Shown here: piece by piece, positions 1-10,600 of the stretch
Layout: the number at the start of each line of letters is the position of its first letter
Position numbering within the stretch: the first letter of the stretch is position 1
Sequence record: NZ_CP120951.1
Source: a plasmid
Length of the DNA stretch: 64,000 nt
Reading direction: 5' to 3' (one strand)
Notes under the pieces: generated by a model
What the model was told of the DNA's origin: nothing
The model's input: the letters and a program-made list of their open reading frames with translations, nothing else
Database searches by the model: none
Translations under genes and position numbers: made by a program

Positions 1-86
1 TTTGTGCGGCTGTTTTTCTGTGCGCTAAGCGCCCTCTACGACGGTTCGTGACAAAAATTTTTCCGATTCTACCGTTTCACCGACCG

Positions 87-106
87 CACCGGAAGGTATT
101 CCGGTG
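87..106. repeat. Perfect 8-bp inverted repeat CACCGGAA-GGTA-TTCCGGTG immediately 3' of the relaxase gene. Possible terminator hairpin or relaxosome-related hairpin.
   Basis: Read directly in the sequence, with an A/T-rich run nearby at 49-66. The coordinates are approximate to +/-2 nt. Confidence 0.4.
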
Positions 107-191
107 AGTATTTCGCGGTTGCACGCGTTCACCATCGCGTTTTGCCAGACTTGGCGCATCCATACTCCCTTGTTGTACTGATTTTGCATCG

Positions 192-2906
192 TCATACCCG
201 TGGCCCTCGCGGCTTCGGGTCGGTCGCCGGACCAGGTTGCGGCGCTGTCGCAGGTGCCGGCTGCGCTGGCGCCGCCGGACGCGACACGTCATCGCGCACG
301 CCGAGCGATTCACGCACGTCGGCCAGTTGCCGATCGACCCGCGACGAGCGCGCGTCCGCCAACGCACGATTCAGCTGCGTGTCGCCGAACTGCACCGACA
401 AGCCGGCTGCGGCCGCCACCTCGATCGCCGCTTGCCGAAAAACTTCATTGCCGTCGAGCTCGAGCGTGCGGCCGAACTTCATCTGCGCGAGCCGCAGGCC
501 TGTCTCGATCGCCGCGCGATCGACCTGCAGCACGTCGACGGCGTCACCACGATCCACAACGAGCGTCTGACCATCGCGGCGATAGCTGACGCTGCCGCCC
601 TCGTCGACCGACAACGACAGCTCCGGTCCATGAAACAGGATTGCGTTGTCCTCATGCACAGCCGGCGTGCCAGGCCGAATCGTATTGACCGGCGTATTGG
701 TCGACGTCGGGTCCGCATGGCTGGGCTTGCCCGTGCGGCGCAGCTCGGCGAGCGCGCGCTCGTCGCCACCCTGCGCGCGCTGCTGCAGCCAGCCGGTGAA
801 CGTCGGTGCGGTCGCAGCGCCGTACCGCGCCTTCAAGACGTCGCGCTCGAGGCGGATCTGCGCGGCAAGCGCCGTATCGGCCGCGGCACGCGTTAGGCGC
901 GCGGCCGCGAGTGCCTGGCGCCGCTCGGGCTGGCGCATCTGCGACGCGTATCGAATCTGCGTGCGGCGCTCGGCGAGCTCGCCGGCGATCGCCGCACGTC
1001 GTGCGTGCTCGTGATCCTTCTGGGCCGCCCAAGCCGCGCGACGAGCCCGTGCGTGCGCGTCGCGCTCCGCCGCGAACTCGCGCCATAGCACGGTGCGCGG
1101 CAATTCGCGCGTGCGCGGAATCGGCTCGCCCGCTCGCTGACGTGCGTAGCTTTCTCGCAGCAGCGGCGCGGCCTCGTTCCACGACAGATTCAACTCTTTC
1201 GTGAGGAAGTCGGACACGTTCAGATTGCGCCGGCCGGCACGGATCCGGGCACCGCCGTCGCTGCCGACCGTGACCACGTATTTCTGCGGCAACACGCCGT
1301 GCGAGTGCGACAGCTCGGCCAGAAGTCGGTCGGCATTCAGCTGCTGCCGTATCTCCGCGAATTCGCCCTTACCCGCGCGCTGCCGGCGTGCTTCACGCGC
1401 GTCGCGCGCGGCCTGCGAGATCGCACTGTCCGCTACCCGGCCTGTGCGGCTTCTTTCTGGCGCAATTTCTCGATCGCGATCGCGAACCCGTCGCAGGCGA
1501 TACGTGGATACGGCGCCAGCGTCGTCCACGTGTTCGTGCGCAGGATCTGGCAGAAGCACTGGGCGTCCTTCGTCGACGCCGACCAGATCGCCGCCGGACA
1601 GCGCTCGCACAGCGTCGACGGGTTCGGCCACAAACTCCGGTTCACCTGACCAAGCGCCAAACTCGTCGGCATCAAAGGCGGGGGCTGGATCGGCACCGGA
1701 CGGTCCGGGATCGAATCCGGGGCCGCCGGGTCCGTCGAAGGTCGGCCCGACGTCGGGACTACCCCATCCGTCGTCGCTGTTGAATGGGGTATCGAATGTC
1801 CGGTCGATGTCGTCGGGCTCGAGTCGTCCGAATCCGCTGGTGTCATCATGAAACTCCTTCAGGTGCTGTGCATAGAAACCGCGCTCCAGCGCGTCGAGCA
1901 TCAGGCGACGATCACCCGACGACGACTGCTGATAACGCTGCCATTGAAGCGTGTTGCCGCTATTGAGATATTTCACTTCCCGCGCGCGCTCGGCCATCCA
2001 TTCGTCCAGGCGCGCCTGGATGTCTTCGGGTGTCGCTCGCGCAGGCTGCCGTTCGATGTAGTGCTCGGCCGCGTCGGCCGCCAGCTGCAGGAGCTTCTCG
2101 TCGGTCGGCAGTTCGATGAACTCGCGCGAGAACACGTAATCCTTTAGGTTCACGCCCTTCTCGGCGCCGGCCGGCTTCACGTTCGGATACGCGTCCTCAC
2201 GTCCGACGTTGCGCACGCGGACTGCGCCGTGCTCGGCGAGTAGCGCCATGAAGTCATCGATACGCTCGACGCGCCGGTCAAGCATCCCGTCGAGGATTCG
2301 CTCCTTGAGTTGCCGGCTATCCGCTCGAAACAGGTCGCCGCGGTACCGACTCAGCATCTCGGACGCGTCGCTGAATTCCGTGCGGCGGTTATCCTTCGGG
2401 CTAGCCAGCCCGTACTTCGCGTTCAAGTGCTCCTGGATTGCATCGAAGTAGTCGAGGTTCAGCTTGTCGAAGCCAAACGGGCGCGCACTCTGCCCCGAGA
2501 TCAAGTTCAACTTCGGGATCACGACGTGAATGTGCGGCTTGCGCTCGACCAGCGTCCCGGTCTTCTCGTCGACGTAGCTTTTCACGCGCGGCAGGTGCGC
2601 CTCCGCATAAAAATTCAGTTCATCCGGTCGATAGGCGGCAAACACGAACGCCTTGAAATCGCGCACGACCGCATCGAGCGTCTCGCGATCGATATGGTCT
2701 TCCTTGAAGCTCAGGGTGATCGTCAGGTAGCGATCGACATTCGGTGCCGCGTCGATCATCCGATAGACCGATTCCGTCAGATCGAGATCGCCATCGAGCA
2801 CCACGCGCTCATCCATCTCGTCGCGGCTGAACTCGCGTCCAACCTTGCGCCCGTCTTCGAGATATTGCTTGACGCCGTCGTGATGGCCCGAAACACGGAT
2901 CAGCAT
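192..2906 (-). CDS. Conjugative relaxase with an N-terminal MOB relaxase/mobilisation nuclease domain and a long C-terminal extension.
   Basis: 904-aa ORF. The N-terminus (HIHVVIPKLN, YDFDAIQEHLNAKYGL) matches the relaxase-domain pattern of TraI/VirD2-like MOB proteins. It sits next to mobC. Confidence 0.85.
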   Translation of the reverse strand: MLIRVSGHHDGVKQYLEDGRKVGREFSRDEMDERVVLDGDLDLTESVYRMIDAAPNVDRYLTITLSFKEDHIDRETLDAVVRDFKAFVFAAYRPDELNFYAEAHLPRVKSYVDEKTGTLVERKPHIHVVIPKLNLISGQSARPFGFDKLNLDYFDAIQEHLNAKYGLASPKDNRRTEFSDASEMLSRYRGDLFRADSRQLKERILDGMLDRRVERIDDFMALLAEHGAVRVRNVGREDAYPNVKPAGAEKGVNLKDYVFSREFIELPTDEKLLQLAADAAEHYIERQPARATPEDIQARLDEWMAERAREVKYLNSGNTLQWQRYQQSSSGDRRLMLDALERGFYAQHLKEFHDDTSGFGRLEPDDIDRTFDTPFNSDDGWGSPDVGPTFDGPGGPGFDPGPSGADPAPAFDADEFGAWSGEPEFVAEPVDAVRALSGGDLVGVDEGRPVLLPDPAHEHVDDAGAVSTYRLRRVRDRDREIAPERSRTGRVADSAISQAARDAREARRQRAGKGEFAEIRQQLNADRLLAELSHSHGVLPQKYVVTVGSDGGARIRAGRRNLNVSDFLTKELNLSWNEAAPLLRESYARQRAGEPIPRTRELPRTVLWREFAAERDAHARARRAAWAAQKDHEHARRAAIAGELAERRTQIRYASQMRQPERRQALAAARLTRAAADTALAAQIRLERDVLKARYGAATAPTFTGWLQQRAQGGDERALAELRRTGKPSHADPTSTNTPVNTIRPGTPAVHEDNAILFHGPELSLSVDEGGSVSYRRDGQTLVVDRGDAVDVLQVDRAAIETGLRLAQMKFGRTLELDGNEVFRQAAIEVAAAAGLSVQFGDTQLNRALADARSSRVDRQLADVRESLGVRDDVSRPAAPAQPAPATAPQPGPATDPKPRGPRV

Positions 2907-2908
2907 AG

Positions 2909-3328
2909 TCAGTCCACCCGCTGCAGATGAGCTTTCAACAACTGCGTGATCAGCTGCAGCTCGTCCATCAACGCATCGAACAAATCTTCACGCAGGGTTC
3001 CTGCGAGCCGCGCATGATTCGCGACGTGCGCCAGCTGATTCAGGTTGTTGCCCGTCTTGTTGACCACGAACACGACCCGCTTGCGATCGACACTTGCCGG
3101 CGGACGAGCCACGATCTGCGTGCGGTTCGTCAGCACACATTCGCGCAAAAATTCGGATTGACTGAGGCCCGAGGCGGCCACCTTCTCCGCGAATACCTTG
3201 CGCTCCGCGTCGGTGAGACGCGTGCTGATCGGCGATCCCAACGCATCCTTTGCCGGGCGTCGACCTCGTTTCGGCGGCGCTTCCGACACGGCCTTCAGAT
3301 CATCGTTGCTCATCGCTGTCAGTAGCAA
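2909..3328 (-). CDS. mobC: MobC-family relaxosome accessory protein.
   Basis: 139-aa ORF with the MobC-like motif (NNLNQLAHxAN), immediately upstream of the relaxase with a 2-nt gap. Confidence 0.75.
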   Translation of the reverse strand: MLLTAMSNDDLKAVSEAPPKRGRRPAKDALGSPISTRLTDAERKVFAEKVAASGLSQSEFLRECVLTNRTQIVARPPASVDRKRVVFVVNKTGNNLNQLAHVANHARLAGTLREDLFDALMDELQLITQLLKAHLQRVD

Positions 3329-4060
3329 TCAGGTTGATGCAATATCGTCACAACCGCCGGACGGCATGCGCCGGCTGTCGTCGTCCGCCGGCTGCTGGAC
3401 AGCGTAGCCGTCGAACACATGCGCGATGAACTCAGTCAGGATGAAGCGATCTTCGCTGTTCGGCTCGCGCGACAGATTGTTTTCGCCGACGATCTCGAAG
3501 GTTTCGATCGCCGCGAGTGCTGCTTGCGCCGTTAGCGGGGCGAGGAGCTCGTCAGCTTTCGCGACTGACTGTGCAACAAACTGCCTCGGCTGCGTCGGCC
3601 CCGGATTGTGCGGTGGCAGGGCGGCAAGTCTCCCAGCCGCCGCGTCCAGCAGTTTGCGACCGTGTTCGACGAATACGTGCGACACAAGAAAACCAGCAGC
3701 GTCCATTTCAAGCAGCCACAGGATCGAGCGGATCAGGCTGTTTGTATCGTCATTGAAATTGTCGGCCGGCACTGCTTCATGCTGCGCGACAGATCCGAGC
3801 CCGTAGCGCGCAATAAGGTCAGCAGAAAGATGCGGATGCGTCATTGCGCACACGGCTGCATACGCCCGGAGCGCTGCCCGCGCGTGCAGGTCATGCTTCA
3901 GGTCGAGTACGAAATACTCGCTATCGTGGTGCTTGCCGCCAGGCTGGTCGCTACCGTCGATACGGCGCACGTCGAACTTGCGATACAGGCCCTGCTCGGC
4001 GCTCGTCTTGTTCGGATCCAAGTCCGTCAGCACATCAGCGCAGCTCTTATCGGTAGTCAT
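3329..4060 (-). CDS. Hypothetical protein, first of a co-directional unknown-function operon.
   Basis: An ORF with a GAGGA RBS 7 nt before the ATG at 4060. It abuts the mobC stop. No recognisable domain. Confidence 0.5.
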   Translation of the reverse strand: MTTDKSCADVLTDLDPNKTSAEQGLYRKFDVRRIDGSDQPGGKHHDSEYFVLDLKHDLHARAALRAYAAVCAMTHPHLSADLIARYGLGSVAQHEAVPADNFNDDTNSLIRSILWLLEMDAAGFLVSHVFVEHGRKLLDAAAGRLAALPPHNPGPTQPRQFVAQSVAKADELLAPLTAQAALAAIETFEIVGENNLSREPNSEDRFILTEFIAHVFDGYAVQQPADDDSRRMPSGGCDDIAST

Positions 4061-4147
4061 GGTTGATCCTCGGAAAAGCTTGCCCGGATCCGGGCAAGTG
4101 TTGTTCGATTCCGCAATGTCTCGCGGCATGCACAGCTCTCCGTCCGC

Positions 4148-4672
4148 TCAAAGCCGCCCGATGTTCACATCGCGTATCCCACGTGCCTCGCGCAGCGCCA
4201 CCGTGTACCTGGTCAGGTAGTCGCGCCATACAACGGCATCGGGGATGCCATGCAGCACCCACACCGGGTGATACATGTCGCTCGTCTCGAAGCGCAGGCT
4301 GCCGAAACCCATGCGCTCCTGCCACCACAGAGCAAGCGCCTGTATGTTCTGCACGCGCGCGAGCTCGACGCTGATCGTTTCCCGCATCACGAGCCCACGC
4401 GTGACGGTCACACGTGATGCGTCGATCACGAAGCGTGTCGCGCGCGTTTGTGCGATCGCCTGCAGGACGGCGCCGATCGGCACGAACAGCACGAGCGCAA
4501 ACACCCACCAAAAATTCGTCACCGCTGCGGCGCCGGCGACCAGCAGCAACAGGACAACCTCGGCGATCGCCCAATTCACGATCAGCGGGAGATTCACCGT
4601 CCAGACTGGTGACGCCTCGAACCACGGCGGCGACACCGCAGGCGACCTCGACGGGTCAAACGTCGGCTTCAT
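4148..4672 (-). CDS. Membrane protein with a bacterial PH-like (YdbS/YdbT-type) architecture.
   Basis: 174 aa. There is an N-terminal hydrophobic helix pair followed by a soluble domain. The start codon overlaps the stop of the upstream gene (ATGA). Confidence 0.55.
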   Translation of the reverse strand: MKPTFDPSRSPAVSPPWFEASPVWTVNLPLIVNWAIAEVVLLLLVAGAAAVTNFWWVFALVLFVPIGAVLQAIAQTRATRFVIDASRVTVTRGLVMRETISVELARVQNIQALALWWQERMGFGSLRFETSDMYHPVWVLHGIPDAVVWRDYLTRYTVALREARGIRDVNIGRL

Positions 4673-5922
4673 GACGTCGCCCCCACATCACTCGCTATTC
4701 CTTCTGTCGCCGGCGACGGCAAAGCCTTGATCGCCCCCTTCGGCGATGGCAGCGGCTGCATCGGATCGTCCGCATCCCATACCCATGCAGGCACCGCGCT
4801 CTCCGCAATCACCGCCTCGAGTGTCTCGCTGGATTCAGCCGGCGCGCCAGGTGTCAGCACATACAGCGCAGTCGGCACGTCGCAATCGGTCAGCACCGCA
4901 CACGCGAGCGTCTGGTTCTCCGCCAGGTTGTAGCGCAAGCTCTTCACGAAGCGTCGTCGACCACTCGTCAGCGCGTCGAGCAACGCCTTGTCGTACATGT
5001 CTTCGAACGGAATCCAGCGGTCCGTCACGACCATCGCCGACAGGGTCGATACCGTTGCGAGGCCCGTCGATTCGAGCCCGAACGTCGCGATGAAAATCAG
5101 GTGTGCACCCTCCACGCCATCCCACAGCGCGATCGCATTCGCGAACCGTTTCATGAAGCGCCGATGCAGATCCCCGTCAAGCATGAACGGGAAATTCGCC
5201 AGGTGTTTCGCAACCAGCTTCGCGCCGGCGCGTGTCGGCGTAATCTCCTTCACCTCGCCGATCGCGATCATCATCGGTCGCGTCTTGCCGACCTTCGCGA
5301 GCGCCGCCATCGCAGTGATACGTCGCGCAGTCAGATCGGCATCACGATCGAGTGACCAGGTCTCCGGAATGAACATCTGCTGGCCGAGCGGTGCTTTCTT
5401 TGCGGTCTTGCCAAGCACCGCCGACAGCAGCTCGCGCCGAACCAGCGCCCAGCTACGCTTGTTCTCCATCGCCGGTGACCAGCGATTCAACCCGGCTTCG
5501 TCCCACAGGTAGTGCAGCAGCCCGCGCAGCGTCAGCTTCGCGCCGTCCGTGCGCACCGAGTCGCTCTCGCGCCCGGTCGCCTCGGGCGCGCTCTTGCCGC
5601 TGGATTTCGTCAAGCTGAAATCCAGCCGCAGGTTCGTCGCCTCGCCGTCGTCCTGGACGGCCTGGCCGAGCACGGCACCACGGCCGGACAATTCCGCCGG
5701 CGGCTCGTAGGACGGGCACTCTGGTGCGTGCTTCGCGCCGCTGTCCGGCATGCGCTTGATGACGTAGTGATCCTCCAGCTTTGCGATGTACATCGGCACG
5801 CCGTCCGGCTGACAGGCGCAGAGCGGCCGTTGCTTACCCTTGTATGCGGTGGCGAGATGGCGCTGCAGATCGCTGGCATCAGCCGCGACCTGTGCGGAAC
5901 CGAAACGGTATGCATGCATCAT
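4669..5922 (-). CDS. Conserved hypothetical protein resembling the DUF1173 family, cysteine-containing.
   Basis: An AGGAGG RBS precedes the ATGATG at 5922-5917. The start overlaps the upstream stop. The family assignment is from memory of DUF1173-like N-terminal motifs (YRFGSAQ...PLCACQPDG). Confidence 0.55.
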   Translation of the reverse strand: MMHAYRFGSAQVAADASDLQRHLATAYKGKQRPLCACQPDGVPMYIAKLEDHYVIKRMPDSGAKHAPECPSYEPPAELSGRGAVLGQAVQDDGEATNLRLDFSLTKSSGKSAPEATGRESDSVRTDGAKLTLRGLLHYLWDEAGLNRWSPAMENKRSWALVRRELLSAVLGKTAKKAPLGQQMFIPETWSLDRDADLTARRITAMAALAKVGKTRPMMIAIGEVKEITPTRAGAKLVAKHLANFPFMLDGDLHRRFMKRFANAIALWDGVEGAHLIFIATFGLESTGLATVSTLSAMVVTDRWIPFEDMYDKALLDALTSGRRRFVKSLRYNLAENQTLACAVLTDCDVPTALYVLTPGAPAESSETLEAVIAESAVPAWVWDADDPMQPLPSPKGAIKALPSPATEGIASDVGATS

Positions 5923-6470
5923 GGGCCTCCTATCACGTGACGAAAACTGGTGATCGCAGTGCCGACCAGCATGATCGTGACGGCGGCCGTCAGCGCGACC
6001 GTCATGCCGATCGTGCGCCACGACGTGCGCGGCCGATTCTGCAGCGCGATCATCTGCTGCAGCTTGATCAGCTCCGCCGCTACCGCCTCGGTCGCTTCAC
6101 GTCGCGCCAGCTGCGCCGCCTTCACCGCAAGTTCGCCCTTGAACGAAGCTTCGTGCCGAACCGCCTCCGCCACGAACTGCTCGGCGGCCTGGCGAATTTC
6201 TTCCAGCCGGCCGGTCAGCTGCTCGTCGGTCGCACGAATCAGCTTCTCGACATGATTGAGGCTGTCAACGACCTTTGCCAGATCGATCACCAGATCGGCC
6301 ACCGCAGCCTCACGCAACTCGGGACTCGCCGACAGCGCGAGCAGCGTTTGCTTCACGCCGTCGAGCGACAACATGCCATCCTTGCCGACTGCTTCACCAG
6401 GAGGTTGACGTGATGCGTGATCAGTCGCGATCTTGACGGCGTTCAAGCCGCCTGGAAGCGGGGCATTCAT
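5919..6470 (-). CDS. Coiled-coil protein with a C-terminal transmembrane anchor, hypothetical.
   Basis: 183 aa. A GGGAG RBS is present. The start overlaps the parA-like stop (ATGA). It has a predicted long helix and a hydrophobic C-terminus. Confidence 0.5.
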   Translation of the reverse strand: MNAPLPGGLNAVKIATDHASRQPPGEAVGKDGMLSLDGVKQTLLALSASPELREAAVADLVIDLAKVVDSLNHVEKLIRATDEQLTGRLEEIRQAAEQFVAEAVRHEASFKGELAVKAAQLARREATEAVAAELIKLQQMIALQNRPRTSWRTIGMTVALTAAVTIMLVGTAITSFRHVIGGP

Positions 6471-7228
6471 GCAAAGCTCCCGGATGAAATAGCCGCGAAT
6501 GCCGCATCGAGTTTGGGTGCGATCGACTGCGACTTACGCTTCAGGCTAATCAAGCGCGTGCGGCGCACCGCTTCGGCCCGATCGGTCAATTGCGCGAGTC
6601 CGAGCTTGTAGTCCGTATCGTCCTGGTTAATCGCGTGCAGGGTCGTACCGAGTTCGGCCGCGATTGGAAATGCGTCGCTCTTCGGGATCGCGGCGGCCAT
6701 ATCGAGCCGGAAACTGCGATTCACGCGATAGATATCGATCAGCGGGCCGAACGCGCGAGCAATCGCCGCCTCATCGGATTCGTTACGCAGCGCTTCGACC
6801 TGGTTGAACACAACCCTGATCCGGTCGGGCTCGACGCCCAGGTCGGCCAGCAACTCGATCGTCTTGAACGTGTCATGCAGCTGCTTGCGTGCCGGCACAA
6901 CCGGCACCACGAAGAATCCGTAGTCCTCGTGCGCGCCGGCGGACTCGTCAAGACGCTTCAGGTATTCCTCGACATTCGACGCGCCAATGTCCACGATCAG
7001 CGCCTGCCCAAGCATCAGCGCTTCGTGCAGCACGTCGAACTGTGCTGCGATCATGGTCTCCGGACCCGATTTATCACGCCCGCCAACGGCCACCGCCGCT
7101 TCATCTGCGTTAATCGATTCCACCTGCATCACGCTCAAGTCGGGCAGACGCGGCGCAAGCAGCTCGCGCGTAACCATCGTCTTGCCAACGTTGCCGGAAC
7201 AGTTCACTACCGCAATACTCGGGGTCAT
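6467..7228 (-). CDS. ParA/MinD-superfamily P-loop ATPase, possibly StbB-like.
   Basis: Deviant Walker A-like motif VVNCSGNVGKT near the N-terminus. An AAGAGGA RBS precedes the ATG at 7228. Confidence 0.7.
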   Translation of the reverse strand: MTPSIAVVNCSGNVGKTMVTRELLAPRLPDLSVMQVESINADEAAVAVGGRDKSGPETMIAAQFDVLHEALMLGQALIVDIGASNVEEYLKRLDESAGAHEDYGFFVVPVVPARKQLHDTFKTIELLADLGVEPDRIRVVFNQVEALRNESDEAAIARAFGPLIDIYRVNRSFRLDMAAAIPKSDAFPIAAELGTTLHAINQDDTDYKLGLAQLTDRAEAVRRTRLISLKRKSQSIAPKLDAAFAAISSGSFA

Positions 7229-7230
7229 CG

Positions 7231-7638
7231 TTATCCTCTTTCGTCCAGGTCGCCGCGCCGAACAGGCGGCGTATATACCAACAGAACGGGCTCGCCCTTC
7301 GCGGCCTCGCACACGAACGCGCCGGTGGTCGACAAGCGCCAAACCGGTTGGTCAAGCACCCGCAAACTCGTATCAAGAACATGCGCCTCGCCACGGAACA
7401 TCGTGAACGTCGCACCGAGCGAAATCGACACGCGCGCTTCGATGTCCGACGACAGATGCGGCAGCCGCGATGCAAGCGCCGCCACGAACGGGTCGGTCAT
7501 CGCATCCGCCAGCTGGCACACGTCGATCCATCGCGCGCGACGTGACGTATGCAGACGAAGCCAGCCGGGCACCGTCACGCGCGCGCGCGCAAAGAACGCC
7601 GCGTTGTGCGGCAAGTGGGGAAAATGACGGCGACGCAT
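7231..7638 (-). CDS. Hypothetical protein.
   Basis: The ATG at 7638 lies 5 nt after the stop of the giant upstream ORF. It is co-directional and tightly packed. Confidence 0.4.
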   Translation of the reverse strand: MRRRHFPHLPHNAAFFARARVTVPGWLRLHTSRRARWIDVCQLADAMTDPFVAALASRLPHLSSDIEARVSISLGATFTMFRGEAHVLDTSLRVLDQPVWRLSTTGAFVCEAAKGEPVLLVYTPPVRRGDLDERG

Positions 7639-7643
7639 CGTGC

Positions 7644-10600
7644 TCACAGCCCCACCTTCGGTGCTTGCTTCATACCGGGTGCATGTGCCGGCGCTTGTTT
7701 CGGCGCAGGTGCGCTCCATTGCTTTTTCAAGTCCGCAAAACCCGCGTCAATCGCGCCCCCTGCCTCGCCCGCCTTCAGCTCACCGCTCGCCACCTTGCGC
7801 TCGACCTCGAGCGCCACCTTCAGGCTTGTATCGAAACGGTTCAGCATTTCCTCGCGGGTACGCGATGGGTATCCCGCGAGCGACTTCTCGAACTGCTCGC
7901 GCAACTGGCCAACCGTCTGCGGCATGGGGGCGGGGGTACGGTCGGGTTCAACCGGGTCCAAACGCGTCACTTCCCACGCGTTTCGAAGCGCCTCTTTCGA
8001 CTCCAGGCGGATCACCTTGCCCGCCGCGTCGCGCACCGGCTCCTGGACCACGACAGGCGTCTCACCCAAATTCTTCAGCGACACGGTATCGCCGACCTGC
8101 GCGCCGGAATCGTTCATTGCCCGTTTGAGATCGACGCCCCAGACCGTGCGCTCGTCACCCGCTTCGTCTCGATACCGCACGAAGTACGAATGAGACGCGT
8201 CCGGCTTGTGCTGATACCGGGCACTCCCGTGTTCGAGCAGCTCGCCCGACATCGTGTCGACCGGCTTTGCTTCGGTCTTCGGTGCGGCGTCTGGCGCAGT
8301 GGTTGCCGCATCCGCCCGTTGATTTACTGCCTTGGCCACCGGCGTGGCCGCCAACGAATCACTCGGTGCCACCTTCTCGACTGCAGGTGCAGGTGAATCG
8401 CCCTTGCGAATCGTCAATGCATCGCGCTGGCGTGCCTGCTCGCGCCGGGCCGCTTCAAGCAGCGCATGATCGCTGTCTGACGGCTTGTACCCCTTGACCT
8501 CGATGCCACCAGCAAGCTTCGCCTCGAGCCACCCATTGCGCCGGAAATCCGGATCGCCCTTGAGCGTGATCGACGTAAAATTTTTCGCCTGCACGATCGC
8601 AATCATGTCGGCAAGCGTGCCGCGATCGTTAGCGTGTGACGTGAGCCGTACCCCCTTGTCCTCAAAGTGCGGTACGTCGTTGCCCGGCGCCCCCGGATCC
8701 CTGACGTTCGGCTTCCAGAACTGTCCATCCTTCACGACATAGCGTTCCGCGATCGAGGACGGCACGTCGTAGCCGGTCGACGTCAATATCGGTTTTCGCT
8801 CAACCCCCTCACCGATCTCAATTTCGTTCGGTTCGCGATTGCGTGCAGGACGGGTTTGCGGTGCGTCTGCCGCCCCGGCCGGCGTGCCGAACGGCTTCGC
8901 TTTCAGGCGGCTCGTCAGTTCTTCTGTCTTGCGAGCCGCCTCATCCGCGACCGACCGCTGCTGCACACGCGCCTCATCGAGCGTTGCGCGTGCCGCATCC
9001 CCTTCAGCACTGCGAACCTGGCGCACGCGTTCGAGATCTGCCGGAGCGACACGCTCACCGACCGGTTTGGTTGGTTGGTTCGCGGGATTCTTAGCGCTGG
9101 GTTCGTTCGCAGACGGTTTCGGCGACACCGTGTCGCCTGCGACCTGTGTATCGCCGACCGTCTGCACCGGAGCGCGCTGCGAATCGGCAACCGCCAGACC
9201 ATTGCTCGCCGTCACGTCGGGACCGCTCCAACGCGGCTCCGGTCGTTCGCTCAGGGCCGGCATCGGCCGTTGTTCACCCCTACTCGCAGGGTCCGTCGTC
9301 CAGCCCCCGTCCTTCGTCCACTTGACGCTTTCCCAGCCATTCCAGTACGCATCCAGCAGCGCCGCATCCCGGAACGGCACGTCGTTCACGAATTTGGCGT
9401 TGTCGTATTGCCCCATCGTGTGCGCGACCAACAGTGCTGCATCGAGCACCGCTGGGTCGCGGGCCGTGCGGTGCGCCCACGTGACCCAGGCACTGAGTTG
9501 CTCGCGGGCGATCTCATCGAGTGGCCAGCGCTCCGCGCCGACCTCCACGCGTCGCTGGATCTGTTCCAGCACGTCGACGAGCGACCGACCCGGCTCACCG
9601 TTCACATTCAGCATCTCGAACATTGGCTCGAAGCGCTGCCGATTCGCGGCGAGATCCGGAGTCGCACGCTCCGCCCCGAGCACTTCGCGCGCGCGCCCCA
9701 TGTGGTAGGCACTCGCGAGGTTCGTGCTTTCAAACGGATTGGGTTGCGCCGCATCGCCGAACAGATCGTCATGCCGGCCGAGCGCGAGCGCGACACGCAA
9801 TGCGCTATTGCGCACGCCCGGATCACGGTTCTCGCCCAGCCACTTCAGCCACTCAACCGTCTGCGCACGTGTTTCGCTATCGAGCGGCGCTTCGCGGCCG
9901 GTCAACGCATTACGGATGCGCCACTGCACATCAGATACCGCCATCGCAAGCGGCAGGCGCGGATCGTGCTGTATGCCAAGCCGGTCGAACAGTTCCGTAG
10001 TGCCTACACGGATGTCGTTATGGTGCACAGGCTCTTCCATCGACAGCGGCAGATCATTGTCGGCGGCCGCCTGTTCGCGACGCACATGATCCAGCCGTGT
10101 TTGCCCGATCGGCTGACCGATCGCCGGGGCGACGAGTACGGTCGACACTGCTTGCTCGTCATGTTCCTGACGCGGCCCGGTGTTCGATCCAATGACAGCG
10201 GCGGTATCGTCGGCCACGTCCCACATCGTCGCGTCGCTGTTCTGGGCATCACCCGTCGACGGCTCGCGAACCGAATCGACATTGTTCGGCACGCCCTGGC
10301 GTTCCGCCTGCCGTGCGTCGTACGCCTGCTTCCACGCAATAAATTCCTGCGCCCCCTCTTCGGACATACGGGACGGAATGCCTAGCGACAAGCGCACATT
10401 GCTCAACATGACGCCACGCTCTTCGGCCGACACGAACACGATGTCGTCGCCCAACGCACGTTCGACCTCGCGGAGCGTTTTTCCGACAGCGAATTCCCGC
10501 TCGATGCGCTCCGTCAAACCACGACTATCCGACAAATTTCGCCAGAACTGCATCTGCTCGGCCGCCCAATCCGGCATGACATATGTCGACTCTGGCGCTG

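Noticed and set aside
8667-10385. 572-aa Arg-rich ORF on the + strand opposite the primase gene. Similar long ORFs occur at 39404..41050 (+), 49658..50626 (-), 55431..56612 (-) and 1201..1851 (+).
   Set aside because: These are antisense ORFs typical of 65% GC DNA. Their composition is Arg/Ala/Pro-biased, they have no RBS, and they are fully embedded in well-supported genes on the other strand.
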